Part shown: piece after piece, positions 1-9,324 of the stretch
How the letters are laid out: every line of letters begins with the position of its first letter
Position numbering within the stretch: the stretch's first letter is position 1
Source of the DNA: Promethearchaeota archaeon
GTDB lineage: Archaea > Asgardarchaeota > Lokiarchaeia > Sigyniarchaeales > SOKP01
Length of the DNA stretch: 64,000 nucleotides
Direction: 5' to 3'
Assembly: GCA_016839745.1 (NCBI GenBank)
Contig: JAEOTS010000122.1
Coordinates: 11,977-75,976 of the forward strand
Program-made: the position numbers and the translations under genes
Notes under the pieces: model-generated
Told to the model about the DNA's origin: nothing
What the model saw: the letters and a program-made list of their open reading frames with translations, nothing else
Databases searched by the model: none

Positions 1-42
1 ATTATAGTGGAACATTACACTAAAGAGTCTAAGAATGAATCC

Positions 43-615
43 TTAGATTGATTTAATTAATTCCTTAATTATTTTTATTAGTTTATCTGCTTCAACTTTT
101 AGTGTTCTCGTTAAATTTATTTCGAAGAAAGGTAGATCGATATTAATAGAACGTTCTTCAAGAGTTAAAGAGTCTTCTTTGTAAAGTTTTAAATCTTTAA
201 ATCCCTCTAAGCTTTCAGGAACAAAACCAATCATAAAAACATTCAAATTGGGTAATTTTTCTACAATTAAATCAATTACAATGTGGACGGGGATTGTATG
301 AGTAGAAATTGGCACATATTCCTTAATAACCTCACGCTCCAATATAGTTATCGTTCCCGGTGGTTTCTTTACAGTACATGTATCAATAAGGATTAGGCAC
401 TCTGGTTTGAAATTAACAACATCATCAATTCTAGCCATGGGATCTGTTCCTGCGTTTATGAATAGAAATTTTTCTTTATCGGAAAAAGATAGAAGTTCAC
501 TAATAATATAAGGTCCAACACCGTCATCACTTAGTTTCTCTTCTCCAATCCCCATAAAAACTATACTTTTAACTCCGCTAAGTCTATTTAAAAGTAAGGC
601 GTTAAAATCTCCCAT
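43..615 (-). CDS. Hydrogenase maturation protease (HycI/HybD family)
   Basis: GIGxxxxxDDGVG motif, LIDT and STH motifs. The start is more plausibly the ATG at 615 (MGDFNALL) than the ORF-track start at 687. Confidence 0.8.
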   Translation of the reverse strand: MGDFNALLLNRLSGVKSIVFMGIGEEKLSDDGVGPYIISELLSFSDKEKFLFINAGTDPMARIDDVVNFKPECLILIDTCTVKKPPGTITILEREVIKEYVPISTHTIPVHIVIDLIVEKLPNLNVFMIGFVPESLEGFKDLKLYKEDSLTLEERSINIDLPFFEINLTRTLKVEADKLIKIIKELIKSI

Positions 616-731
616 AAGTAAATTATTAATTATTTGTTTGAAAATTAATTTTTGTGTTTCAAAAAAAAAGTATATATGTGTTAACATAGAGATAAAATTA
701 CAATAAAAATTTAATTAATAAAAAGTGATAA

Positions 732-2093
732 ATGTTGTCAGATAACAGAAAAGATAGATTAAGTTCTCGTAATCTATGGGGATATGCAATTGGGGCAATC
801 CCTGCAGGATTATTGGCGTATGTGTTTAGTCTCAAGTATGTGGAACTATTTTACGATGATTTACAATTACAACCAATGTTATTCATTATAGGGCAAGTTA
901 TATATATGACTATAAATGCTTTAAATGACCCATTATCCGGTCAATTGTCTGATCGTACAAATCGTAAGAGATGGGGAAGTCGTAGAATAATCTACATTAA
1001 ATATGGCGCACCAATTTGGGCTCTAACCTTTTTACTTGTGTGGTTTCCATGGAGTTTTGATGATCAAATTGTTATATTTGTTCATTATGTCATAAGTATA
1101 TGCTTATTTGATACACTTCTTACTCTAGTAGTTCTAGTTTGGATGGCTTTATTACCAGAAATGACTTCGGATCTTGATCAGAGAAATAAAGGAAATTTTC
1201 TATCATTAGTATTTGGTGCAATATTCGTCGTTCCATTTTTCCTAATTCTTGGAGACATGAAGCCTACTTCTCAGAGTTTTCAAGTCTTAATGATAATAAT
1301 AGCTATAGTATCAACTATTTTTCTATGGCTCACAGCATATTTGTGCGAGGAAAAACCAGAGTATCAAAAAGATAAATCATTTACATTATGGAAATCAGTA
1401 AAAGAAACATTAAAACTAAGATCATTCTTGATCTTTATAGGATTTAACTTTTGTAGTGTCTTCCTTACCTCAATAGGCTTGAGTTATTTATTTCTCTGGA
1501 GTTTTATTCTTGGTGCGGGAGCAACCTATATCTATTTTGGAATATATATTATTGTAGGTTATGGATCAAATATCCTATGTATGAGATTACGTCCTAAATG
1601 GGGCACAAAGAAGATTATATTGAGGTTCGGAATAATAAGGGTAATAGGTTTAATCATATCATTTATAACATTAATTCTTATTCAAAATTCATTGATTGCT
1701 ATTGTTGGTCTCATAATCTCAACTTTTTTTGGGGGGTATAGTGTATTTATTGTTCCTATAATGTACTTATCTGCGGATGAAGATGAAATCAATCACGAAA
1801 CCCGTAGAGAAGGAATGTTTTTAGGAATGAATGCTCTTTTTACAAAACCAGCAGCGAGTTTGGGACCAATTATAGCGACAATAATATTGGAACTATACCT
1901 TTATGCCCCTGGATCAGAGATTCAATCACCTACCACATTAATTGGAATAGATATTTTGTTCTTACTTATACCAGCAATCGTTACCGCAATTAGTCTAATC
2001 TTTATGTATTTCTATCCACTCCACGGCGAAAAACTAAATGATATGAGAGAAAAATTAGAAGTCATCCATAATGCAAAAAAACAGAAGATTTGA
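732..2093 (+). CDS. MFS transporter, GPH (MelB-like glycoside-pentoside-hexuronide:cation symporter) family
   Basis: About 12 hydrophobic segments; NDPLSGQLSDRT..RWGSRR, ALLPEMT and RREGMFLG are typical GPH motifs. Confidence 0.85.
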   Translation: MLSDNRKDRLSSRNLWGYAIGAIPAGLLAYVFSLKYVELFYDDLQLQPMLFIIGQVIYMTINALNDPLSGQLSDRTNRKRWGSRRIIYIKYGAPIWALTFLLVWFPWSFDDQIVIFVHYVISICLFDTLLTLVVLVWMALLPEMTSDLDQRNKGNFLSLVFGAIFVVPFFLILGDMKPTSQSFQVLMIIIAIVSTIFLWLTAYLCEEKPEYQKDKSFTLWKSVKETLKLRSFLIFIGFNFCSVFLTSIGLSYLFLWSFILGAGATYIYFGIYIIVGYGSNILCMRLRPKWGTKKIILRFGIIRVIGLIISFITLILIQNSLIAIVGLIISTFFGGYSVFIVPIMYLSADEDEINHETRREGMFLGMNALFTKPAASLGPIIATIILELYLYAPGSEIQSPTTLIGIDILFLLIPAIVTAISLIFMYFYPLHGEKLNDMREKLEVIHNAKKQKI

Positions 2094-2152
2094 AATTAAT
2101 TCAGATTAAAGATTTTAGTTAATTTTTTTTTTTACTCTACTATTTTTTTATT

Positions 2153-3034
2153 ATGGAAATTTTAAAAGGGAAAACCATAGTAATCACAGGTAGTGGAAGA
2201 GGCATTGGAAAATCTGTTGCTCTTGCTTGTGCTAAAGAAGGTGCTAATGTTTGTCTTACGGCCAGAACGCTTGATGAATTAAATGAAGTTAAAGACGAAA
2301 TTATTAAATTGGGTACTAAAGTTAGGGTTTTAGTTAAAACTGCAGATGTTACAAAATATGAAGAAATTGAGAGCGCGTTTAAGGCATTTTATGAAGATTT
2401 GGGAGAATTTAACGGAGTAATTGCCAATGCAGGCTATTCACGGATGTGGGATAGTCATGATTTTGACAGTAATAAATTTTCTGAGATAATTAATATAAAT
2501 GTGTCAGGCGTGTTTTTTACATTCAAAGCAGCTTTTTCTTATTTAAAGAAAGATAACAAGAGCGATAAAGCAAGATTTATTATAACTGGAAGCGCTGCTT
2601 TCACCAATCCTATGCCAAGATTCGCAGCTTATACCGCAAGTAAGTATGCTGTCGTAGGATTGCAGAATTCTCTTGCTCTAGAGTATAAGAAGGAGAATAT
2701 TAATTTCAACATGATTCTGCCCACTATGGTAGACACTCGAATGGCGAGAGGTAGGAAAGCTGGAGATGGCAATAAGCCTCCGAACGTTATGAATCCTCAA
2801 GAGCTTAATCAATATTACATATTTCTTCTGAGCGATGATGCATATAGGACTGATAACGCTCTAATATTTATTAACGATTTCGAGGAAGTTAAGAAGTTTT
2901 TATCCGAAGCTCCTCCCGGAAAGAGTGAGAGTTGGGATGTTTTTAAGGATTATCTAGAAGAAAACGCTCCGAATATATATTCCAATGTTAAAAAACTAGG
3001 AAAACTAGTCGATTTTATAATAAAAACATCCTAA
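2153..3034 (+). CDS. Short-chain dehydrogenase/reductase (SDR)
   Basis: TGSGRGIG Rossmann motif, NAG, catalytic YTASK (YxxxK). Confidence 0.9.
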   Translation: MEILKGKTIVITGSGRGIGKSVALACAKEGANVCLTARTLDELNEVKDEIIKLGTKVRVLVKTADVTKYEEIESAFKAFYEDLGEFNGVIANAGYSRMWDSHDFDSNKFSEIININVSGVFFTFKAAFSYLKKDNKSDKARFIITGSAAFTNPMPRFAAYTASKYAVVGLQNSLALEYKKENINFNMILPTMVDTRMARGRKAGDGNKPPNVMNPQELNQYYIFLLSDDAYRTDNALIFINDFEEVKKFLSEAPPGKSESWDVFKDYLEENAPNIYSNVKKLGKLVDFIIKTS

Positions 3035-3128
3035 TGGTATTTTTACTGGTGTAAAAATCTACTCATATAGCCTCTTTCACTTAAAGAATTAAATTCTTTA
3101 ATTATTGTGTGTTTTGATAGTATAGAAC

Positions 3129-3737
3129 ATGAACGAAATATCGAATGAAAAAGCAGAGAAATCTCAATTTGAAGGAATTATTGAGAATGGAAATGTAATA
3201 ATTTCTAACAAGGAAGGCATTGAAGAATTTTATAATAACTCCTACATCGGTACTTTAGATAAAAATAGTGATAATGAAGAAATTTTGATTTTAGGACCAG
3301 TAGAAGTTTTATTATTATGTGAGAGACATCGTATCCTATTATATTCAAATAATAATAAAGAAGACGACAACTTATACGATTTTGAGGGTTTATTGACATA
3401 CTTCACACAATTTGACGATCGCCTATGGCAAAAATATATTATATACATGGATTTGCGGAAGAGAGGTTATATCGTTCGAGACGGATATGGAGAAGGTATT
3501 GATTTTCGAGTTTATAAGAGAGGGGCTGATTTTGAAAAAGATTCAGCAAAATTTCTAATATATCCTGTTTTTGAGGGTTATCCAATAGATTTGAAGGAGC
3601 TTGACAAAATGTCTCGGGTAGCCATGAGCTCACGAAAAGATCTTGTCGTAGCTACTGTTGATAGGTTGAGTAAACCAATATATTATAGCGTAAATAAATT
3701 TGAAATTATGAATAAGGTAGAAAAAAGCGAAGATTAA
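3129..3737 (+). CDS. endA: tRNA-splicing endonuclease subunit, possibly the structural (non-catalytic) subunit
   Basis: YxDLRKRGYIVRxG..G.DFRVY and R.A.SSRKDLVVA match the EndA C-terminal domain; the catalytic His position appears to be Ser. Confidence 0.8.
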   Translation: MNEISNEKAEKSQFEGIIENGNVIISNKEGIEEFYNNSYIGTLDKNSDNEEILILGPVEVLLLCERHRILLYSNNNKEDDNLYDFEGLLTYFTQFDDRLWQKYIIYMDLRKRGYIVRDGYGEGIDFRVYKRGADFEKDSAKFLIYPVFEGYPIDLKELDKMSRVAMSSRKDLVVATVDRLSKPIYYSVNKFEIMNKVEKSED

Positions 3738-3738
3738 G

Positions 3739-5400
3739 ATGCCTAATAAATTTGCTTGTGACACATCAGTAATTTTCAATGGTATTATTTTGAATTTAAT
3801 AATCGATGGCGATTTAGGAGGAAAGCCAGAAATTTATGTCTCCAATGTTGTCGTAGCGGAAGTTGAATATCGAACTAATGTTCAAAAAGAAATTGGTTAC
3901 TATGGCCTAAATGTGCTCAAAGAATTAAGAAAGTTAAATAACGAGGAAAAAATAACTCTTCATATTGTGGGAAAACGCCCTACTAGAGAGGAGATAAAAA
4001 TGAGCCCTGGAGGAGAACTTGATGCACTTATTAGAAAATCAGCTTTAGAACACAATGCATCCTTGATTACAGCAGATAGAATACAAGGAGATGTTGGTAT
4101 TTTTGAGGGGCTTGAAGTTATGTACGCGAAAGAAAAAGGGATTCCTATAAAAACTGAACCGCTCTCGCTTAAGTTGCTTGATTACTTTGACGAGACTACT
4201 ATGAGCGTACATCTTAAACAAGGGTTACCCCCTTATGCTAAGAAAGGTAGCCCAGGAAATTGGTTTCTGGAAAAAATAGGAGATGAACAATTATCTGCCA
4301 AATTAATAGAGGAAATTGCTATCGAAATAATAGAAATGGTCAGAGAGGACGAGCATTCCTTCGTCGAGATTGAAAAAATTGGTGCCGTTGTTGCTCAATT
4401 AAGAGAATTTAGAATCGTAATAACACGCCCTCCATTTTCAAATGATGTTGAAATTACAGCTGTGCACCCTCTTGTTACTCTTTCATTAGGAGATTATGCC
4501 ATTGATGCTCGACTTCATAAAAGATTAGAAAAAGCTGAAGGAATTTTAGTAGCGGGAGCTCCAGGGGCTGGAAAAAGCACTTTTTCAGCGGCTTTAGCCA
4601 ATTTTTATTTAGAACAGGGTAAAGTCGTAAAAACATTAGAAAGCGTTCGAGATTTGCAGGTAAAAGAAGAAATCACGCAATATACTAAATTAGAAGGGAG
4701 TCTTGAAAATTCTGCTGATATTTTACTGTTAGTAAGACCTGATTTTACTATTTTTGACGAAGTACGCACAACTAAAGATTTTCAAATTTACGCTGATTTT
4801 CGCCTTTCTGGTGTGGGTATGGTTGGAGTTGTTCATTCGTCGTCTGCTATCGACGCAATTCAGAGATTTATCGGCCGAATTGAACTTGGAATGCTCCCTT
4901 CAATAATAGATACAATTGTATTTATTAAGGGTGGAGATATATCTACTGTATTAATTATTAAAATGACGGTAAAAGTTCCACATGGATTTAGAGATAAAGA
5001 TTTGGCAAGACCTGTGGTTGAAGTCAGAGATTTTAAAACTGACCGCCTTGCTTACGAGATTTATTCTTTCGGTCAGGACATAGTAATTAACCCGATAAAT
5101 CCAATTGGCCATACAAGTTCTTTTGATTCGAAAGAACAATATAGGTTAGATAAATTTAGTAGAAGGAGAAAAGAAAAACGAATTGAGTTAGATATTGAAA
5201 TCACTAAACAGAAAGTAATTCTTAAAGCAAGTCCTGAATACGCTAGTAGCAATATTATTGTTTTTTCTAACGGTCAAGAAATTTTTACAGGTTCCTTGAG
5301 TCGCTCTAGCATCATAACTCTCTCTCTTTCAAACAAAGAAGGAAGAAGAGTTCTTAAAGAATATGATAGAAATAAAAATTTTTATGGAATTTTAAAATAA
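3739..5400 (+). CDS. PINA-type ATPase (PIN domain + VirB11/PilT-like ATPase)
   Basis: N-terminal DTSVI PIN motif, SVHLKQG, Walker A GAPGAGKST, FDEVR, GVVH, DLARPVVEVRDF. Confidence 0.88.
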   Translation: MPNKFACDTSVIFNGIILNLIIDGDLGGKPEIYVSNVVVAEVEYRTNVQKEIGYYGLNVLKELRKLNNEEKITLHIVGKRPTREEIKMSPGGELDALIRKSALEHNASLITADRIQGDVGIFEGLEVMYAKEKGIPIKTEPLSLKLLDYFDETTMSVHLKQGLPPYAKKGSPGNWFLEKIGDEQLSAKLIEEIAIEIIEMVREDEHSFVEIEKIGAVVAQLREFRIVITRPPFSNDVEITAVHPLVTLSLGDYAIDARLHKRLEKAEGILVAGAPGAGKSTFSAALANFYLEQGKVVKTLESVRDLQVKEEITQYTKLEGSLENSADILLLVRPDFTIFDEVRTTKDFQIYADFRLSGVGMVGVVHSSSAIDAIQRFIGRIELGMLPSIIDTIVFIKGGDISTVLIIKMTVKVPHGFRDKDLARPVVEVRDFKTDRLAYEIYSFGQDIVINPINPIGHTSSFDSKEQYRLDKFSRRRKEKRIELDIEITKQKVILKASPEYASSNIIVFSNGQEIFTGSLSRSSIITLSLSNKEGRRVLKEYDRNKNFYGILK

Positions 5401-5431
5401 GACTATATTTCTATAAAAAACTTCAATTCAA

Positions 5432-5812
5432 TTATTTGGCTAATGCATTTCGAGCTCTTTTTATGTCATCAACTCCAATAACTAACTTATTATGTTCAGC
5501 TTGATAGATTAGGTCAATATTAACACCAACATTGCCTATTTTACGGGCCATCTTCCCACCAGATCCGGGTTTTCCTGCAATATGACCAATATCCATGACA
5601 AGCACCTCACGTACAGCACTTACTTTAAAACCTGCTGATTCGAGTACATACTGAGCAACAGTTTCATCTTGAACCAAAATATGAATGACACCTTCATCAT
5701 TAAGAGGAATTCCACATAAACCTTCCATATTTATCCCATTTTTGCCTAGAATCTCTCCCATATCAGCTAGTGCTCCCGGTCTATTTTCCAAAATAACAGC
5801 TATATCTTTCAT
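5432..5812 (-). CDS. Tandem ACT-domain (amino-acid-binding) protein
   Basis: LENRPGALA..LGKNGINM and GKPGSG..IGNVGVNIDLIY form two ACT repeats. Confidence 0.8.
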   Translation of the reverse strand: MKDIAVILENRPGALADMGEILGKNGINMEGLCGIPLNDEGVIHILVQDETVAQYVLESAGFKVSAVREVLVMDIGHIAGKPGSGGKMARKIGNVGVNIDLIYQAEHNKLVIGVDDIKRARNALAK

Positions 5813-6027
5813 TTTATGTTTTCTCTTTTTTTTATTTATTTTTTTTATAAATTTGATTCTTTGGTGATTTTTTCCTAATGCTTAATTATGTCATCTCAAT
5901 ATTTAAGTTTTCTTTTGAAATTACATCAGATTAGATATTTTACCCCTTAAATGCTAAATATAAAGAGTTTGATATTTTTAATATCAATTTTGCTCGAATT
6001 TATCATAATTATAATCTGAAACAAAAA

Positions 6028-7923
6028 TCATTTTGAAATATCAAGTGTAAATAAGACTTCTCCATACTCTACAGATTTTGACTTCATAGGATATCCACTG
6101 TTATTAAGAATATAGAGCATGGGTTTGTTTTCAAGAAGAATTGATCCGGTAAAATATTTGTAATTAAGTTCTCTAGCTATTGTAATTAAGTAATCAAGTA
6201 GAAATTTAGCTATTCCCGTTTTGCGAAAATTTTTCTTAACAACTATGCCTAATTCAACAGTTGATGGTTGATGTGTTTTAAAAAATGCTGCTGAAGCAAC
6301 TATTTTCTGTTCACCTTCTTCAAGAGATTCTCCTACCAAAATCATGTCAGTTTGATAATCTATGTTAACTAAGGGTTGTACAAACTTATGAGGAAATTTG
6401 CGATCATGTGAGAAGAATCTCAAATATCTATCATCTTCATCTAATGAGTAATAAAGTCCTTGCAGTAATCGTTCATCAGTAGCTTTGATAGGTCTAATTT
6501 TAAGCATTTTGCCATTTTTCATTTGATAATTCGTCTCATATTTATCAGGGTATAAGCTGACCCTACCATTTATAGAAAGTGGTAATTTCTGATCTGAATA
6601 AACATAATTTATTTTTTTCGCATATTCTAAAAGTTCTTCTCTAAAATCCGGATGAGCAATATTTATCATTTGTAATACTCTTTCACGTATACTTTTTCCA
6701 AAAAGATAAGCAATTCCCCATTCAGTAACAACATAATGAATATCACCCCTTGTTATAACTACTCCCGAGCCTGGTTGAAGATACGGAACAATTCTCGAAA
6801 CAGTTGTACCATCTTTAAGTGTTGCAGTGCTAGGGAGGACTGCTATAGGTTTTCCGTCTTCAGAGCGATTGGCACCTCTGACAAAATCTACTTGCCCACC
6901 TATACCACTATAAAATAATGATCCAAGCGAGTCAGCATTAATCTGTCCCGTTAAATCAATTGTAAGCGCCGCGTTAATAGCCACTTGCTTTTTGTTTCTG
7001 CTAATTATATAAGGATCGTTGCAATAATTACAGGGATGAAATTCGACAAAGGGATTGTTATCTACAAAGTTATAAAGCCTTCTGGAGCCCATGACAAAAG
7101 AACAAATTATTTTACCTTTATGAAGTGTTTTTTTTTTACATGTTATTACTCCCTTTTCTACGAGATCAACAATTCCATCCGAGAAAACTTCACTATGCAC
7201 TCCTAAATCTTTTTTATCTTCTAATTCGACTGATAATGCATTAGGAATATTCCCAATTCCCATTTGAATCGTAGATTCGTCTTCAATAAGGGATGCGACA
7301 TATTTTGCAATCTTTTTAATGGATTCATCTGGGGGATCGTAAGTAAACTCAATAATATCGTGATCTGATATAATATAAGCATCTATATCATTCATGTGAA
7401 TGAATGAATTACCCAGTGTGCGCGGCATCTTAGGATTAACTTCCGCAACCACATATTCAGCTGCCTCTGCTATAGGTTTAGCTATATCAACGTTAATACC
7501 ATAACTACAAAATCCAAAATCATCGGGAGGACTTACCTGAATTAATGCTGTCTTTAAGTGCATTTGTCCCCGTTCAAAAAATTTTGGGATGTCTGAAAGT
7601 AGCATTGGAGTGTAATCTGCTAAACCCCCTTTCACAGCGCCTCGAAGATTTTCACTAATAAAAAAAACATTGTGCCGAAATAAATCTTCTTTACCTCCAG
7701 CTGATTTATAATAATCCAGATCGGAAAGACTTATAAAATGTATCATCTCTACGTCAGTAAGCTGAGGACCGAGTTCAATAAGTTTTGAAGTGAGTTCGAT
7801 TGGTTCAGCACAACCTGAATCAATAAAAACTCGGTCGCCAGGTTTGATATATCTCTTGATTGCATCTTCTATATTTACATGTTTCTGTTTATATTTTTTA
7901 ATATTACTCAAATCATTTGTCAT
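6028..7923 (-). CDS. Acetyl-CoA hydrolase/4-hydroxybutyrate CoA-transferase fused to a C-terminal GNAT acetyltransferase
   Basis: QMGIG, HSE, SGIGGQVDF and VVTEWGIA in the CoA-transferase part; IRPI..DE, YLRFF and FRKTGIA (acetyl-CoA-binding motif A) in a Pat-like GNAT part. Confidence 0.88.
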   Translation of the reverse strand: MTNDLSNIKKYKQKHVNIEDAIKRYIKPGDRVFIDSGCAEPIELTSKLIELGPQLTDVEMIHFISLSDLDYYKSAGGKEDLFRHNVFFISENLRGAVKGGLADYTPMLLSDIPKFFERGQMHLKTALIQVSPPDDFGFCSYGINVDIAKPIAEAAEYVVAEVNPKMPRTLGNSFIHMNDIDAYIISDHDIIEFTYDPPDESIKKIAKYVASLIEDESTIQMGIGNIPNALSVELEDKKDLGVHSEVFSDGIVDLVEKGVITCKKKTLHKGKIICSFVMGSRRLYNFVDNNPFVEFHPCNYCNDPYIISRNKKQVAINAALTIDLTGQINADSLGSLFYSGIGGQVDFVRGANRSEDGKPIAVLPSTATLKDGTTVSRIVPYLQPGSGVVITRGDIHYVVTEWGIAYLFGKSIRERVLQMINIAHPDFREELLEYAKKINYVYSDQKLPLSINGRVSLYPDKYETNYQMKNGKMLKIRPIKATDERLLQGLYYSLDEDDRYLRFFSHDRKFPHKFVQPLVNIDYQTDMILVGESLEEGEQKIVASAAFFKTHQPSTVELGIVVKKNFRKTGIAKFLLDYLITIARELNYKYFTGSILLENKPMLYILNNSGYPMKSKSVEYGEVLFTLDISK

Positions 7924-7955
7924 TGCTTCGACCCATTATTAATAATATTAATAAT

Positions 7956-8711
7956 TTAATTTACATTCATCATTTCTTTTACTCTCTCAACGATAGGAGG
8001 AATTATTTCTCCAATCGCTTCAAAGAACCTCAAGTCAGCTTCATCATCGTACGGAGTTTCACCCTGATTTAAAATGATTAATTTTGCACCATTTCTCCAA
8101 GCATACCCCGGCATATTTGCCGCAGGAGTCACAACGAGAGAAGAACCAATTACAAAAAAAACATCAGAACTTTGAGATCGTCTTATAGATTCTTCAAGTT
8201 CGTCTATCGGTAAAGGATCGCCAAAATTAACAATACTTGAGATAAGTCTTCCTTCACAATTTGGACAATTTGGTTGGTTTTTGCGAATTCTACCAGTTCT
8301 GTATCCCTGTCCCAATTTCTTTTTATCCCATCCTGCTTCCTCAAATGTTAGTTTCTTTCCACAAGCTAAACACTTCATGAAATACATGTTGCCATGTAGT
8401 TCAGCTAATTTTTCAAATGGAATTCCCGATTTTGCGTGAAGTCCATCCACATTCTGAGATATGAGGTAATCTAATTTACCCAATTTTAATAATTCTACAA
8501 TTTCATAATGACCTTGATTTGGTTTAACTTGATCCCATGGAGGTGATTTTGGGGGTGGCAATCCAGCATCACGCCTTGTCCACACACCATCAGGACCTCT
8601 GAAGTCTGGTAATCCACTCTCTGTCGAAATTCCCGCACCTGTGAATATAACAAGGCGATTAGACTCGAAAATCCATTTTGCTGCTAATTCAATTTTATCT
8701 TCCAATTCCAT
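7956..8711 (-). CDS. Sir2-family NAD-dependent protein deacylase, class IV (SIRT6/7)-like
   Basis: [22 protein letters not shown], ELHGN, CxxC...CxxC zinc site, GSSL. Confidence 0.92.
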   Translation of the reverse strand: [251 protein letters not shown]

Positions 8712-8925
8712 ATAAATAAGATGAATTTCTGAAAATAAAAATGTATTTTATTTGATTTCTATTATTCGCTTTACGGTAATGAGTCGATATTTTGACACTA
8801 TTATCTAAATTAAGCACTTACTTTATAAAGGTCTATTCTAAATCTTTTATAGAGTATAAAATTTTCACAAATCTTTATACTCTTGTTGGTTGAAGTATTT
8901 ATAGGATTAAATAAGTTGGATTTAT

Positions 8926-9318
8926 ATGACATATGCACTAAACTTCAATAGGGAAGAACTTTTGAGCATACAAATTGATTATGCCAAAATTAATTTTAAG
9001 CCCGAGCAGTTGTCTTTAATAAAAACTATATCAAAACTCATTTGTGAGCAAATTTCAATCCCGCATTTGGCAATGAGAAGCACAGCATGGTTCGCTCTAA
9101 TCGAATGGTAAAAAAGGGAGAACAAATTGATTTCAGAAATCCCAACTATGAGTATGGCAAATAAATTAAAAGCTACTAAGGAAATTTTTAATATTGGAAA
9201 GGAAAGATTAAAAAACATACTCAATTATCCAAAAGAGCAGAGTGAAATTTTGTTGGATATTTGTTTTGAAAGAGCATTTAAGTGCTATTTAGAGCATCTC
9301 AATAGAATTCGGAGATAA
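8926..9318 (+). pseudogene. Hypothetical ~130-codon gene interrupted by one in-frame TAA at 9109-9111
   Basis: ORFs 8926..9111 and 9127..9318 are in the same frame, joined by TGG TAA AAA AGG GAG AAC AAA TTG. Confidence 0.55.
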
Positions 9319-9324
9319 ATGAAA

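Noticed and set aside
1-51. Possible 3' end of a + strand gene (IIVEHYTKESKNESLD*)
   Set aside because: Only 16 codons are visible, too short to support.
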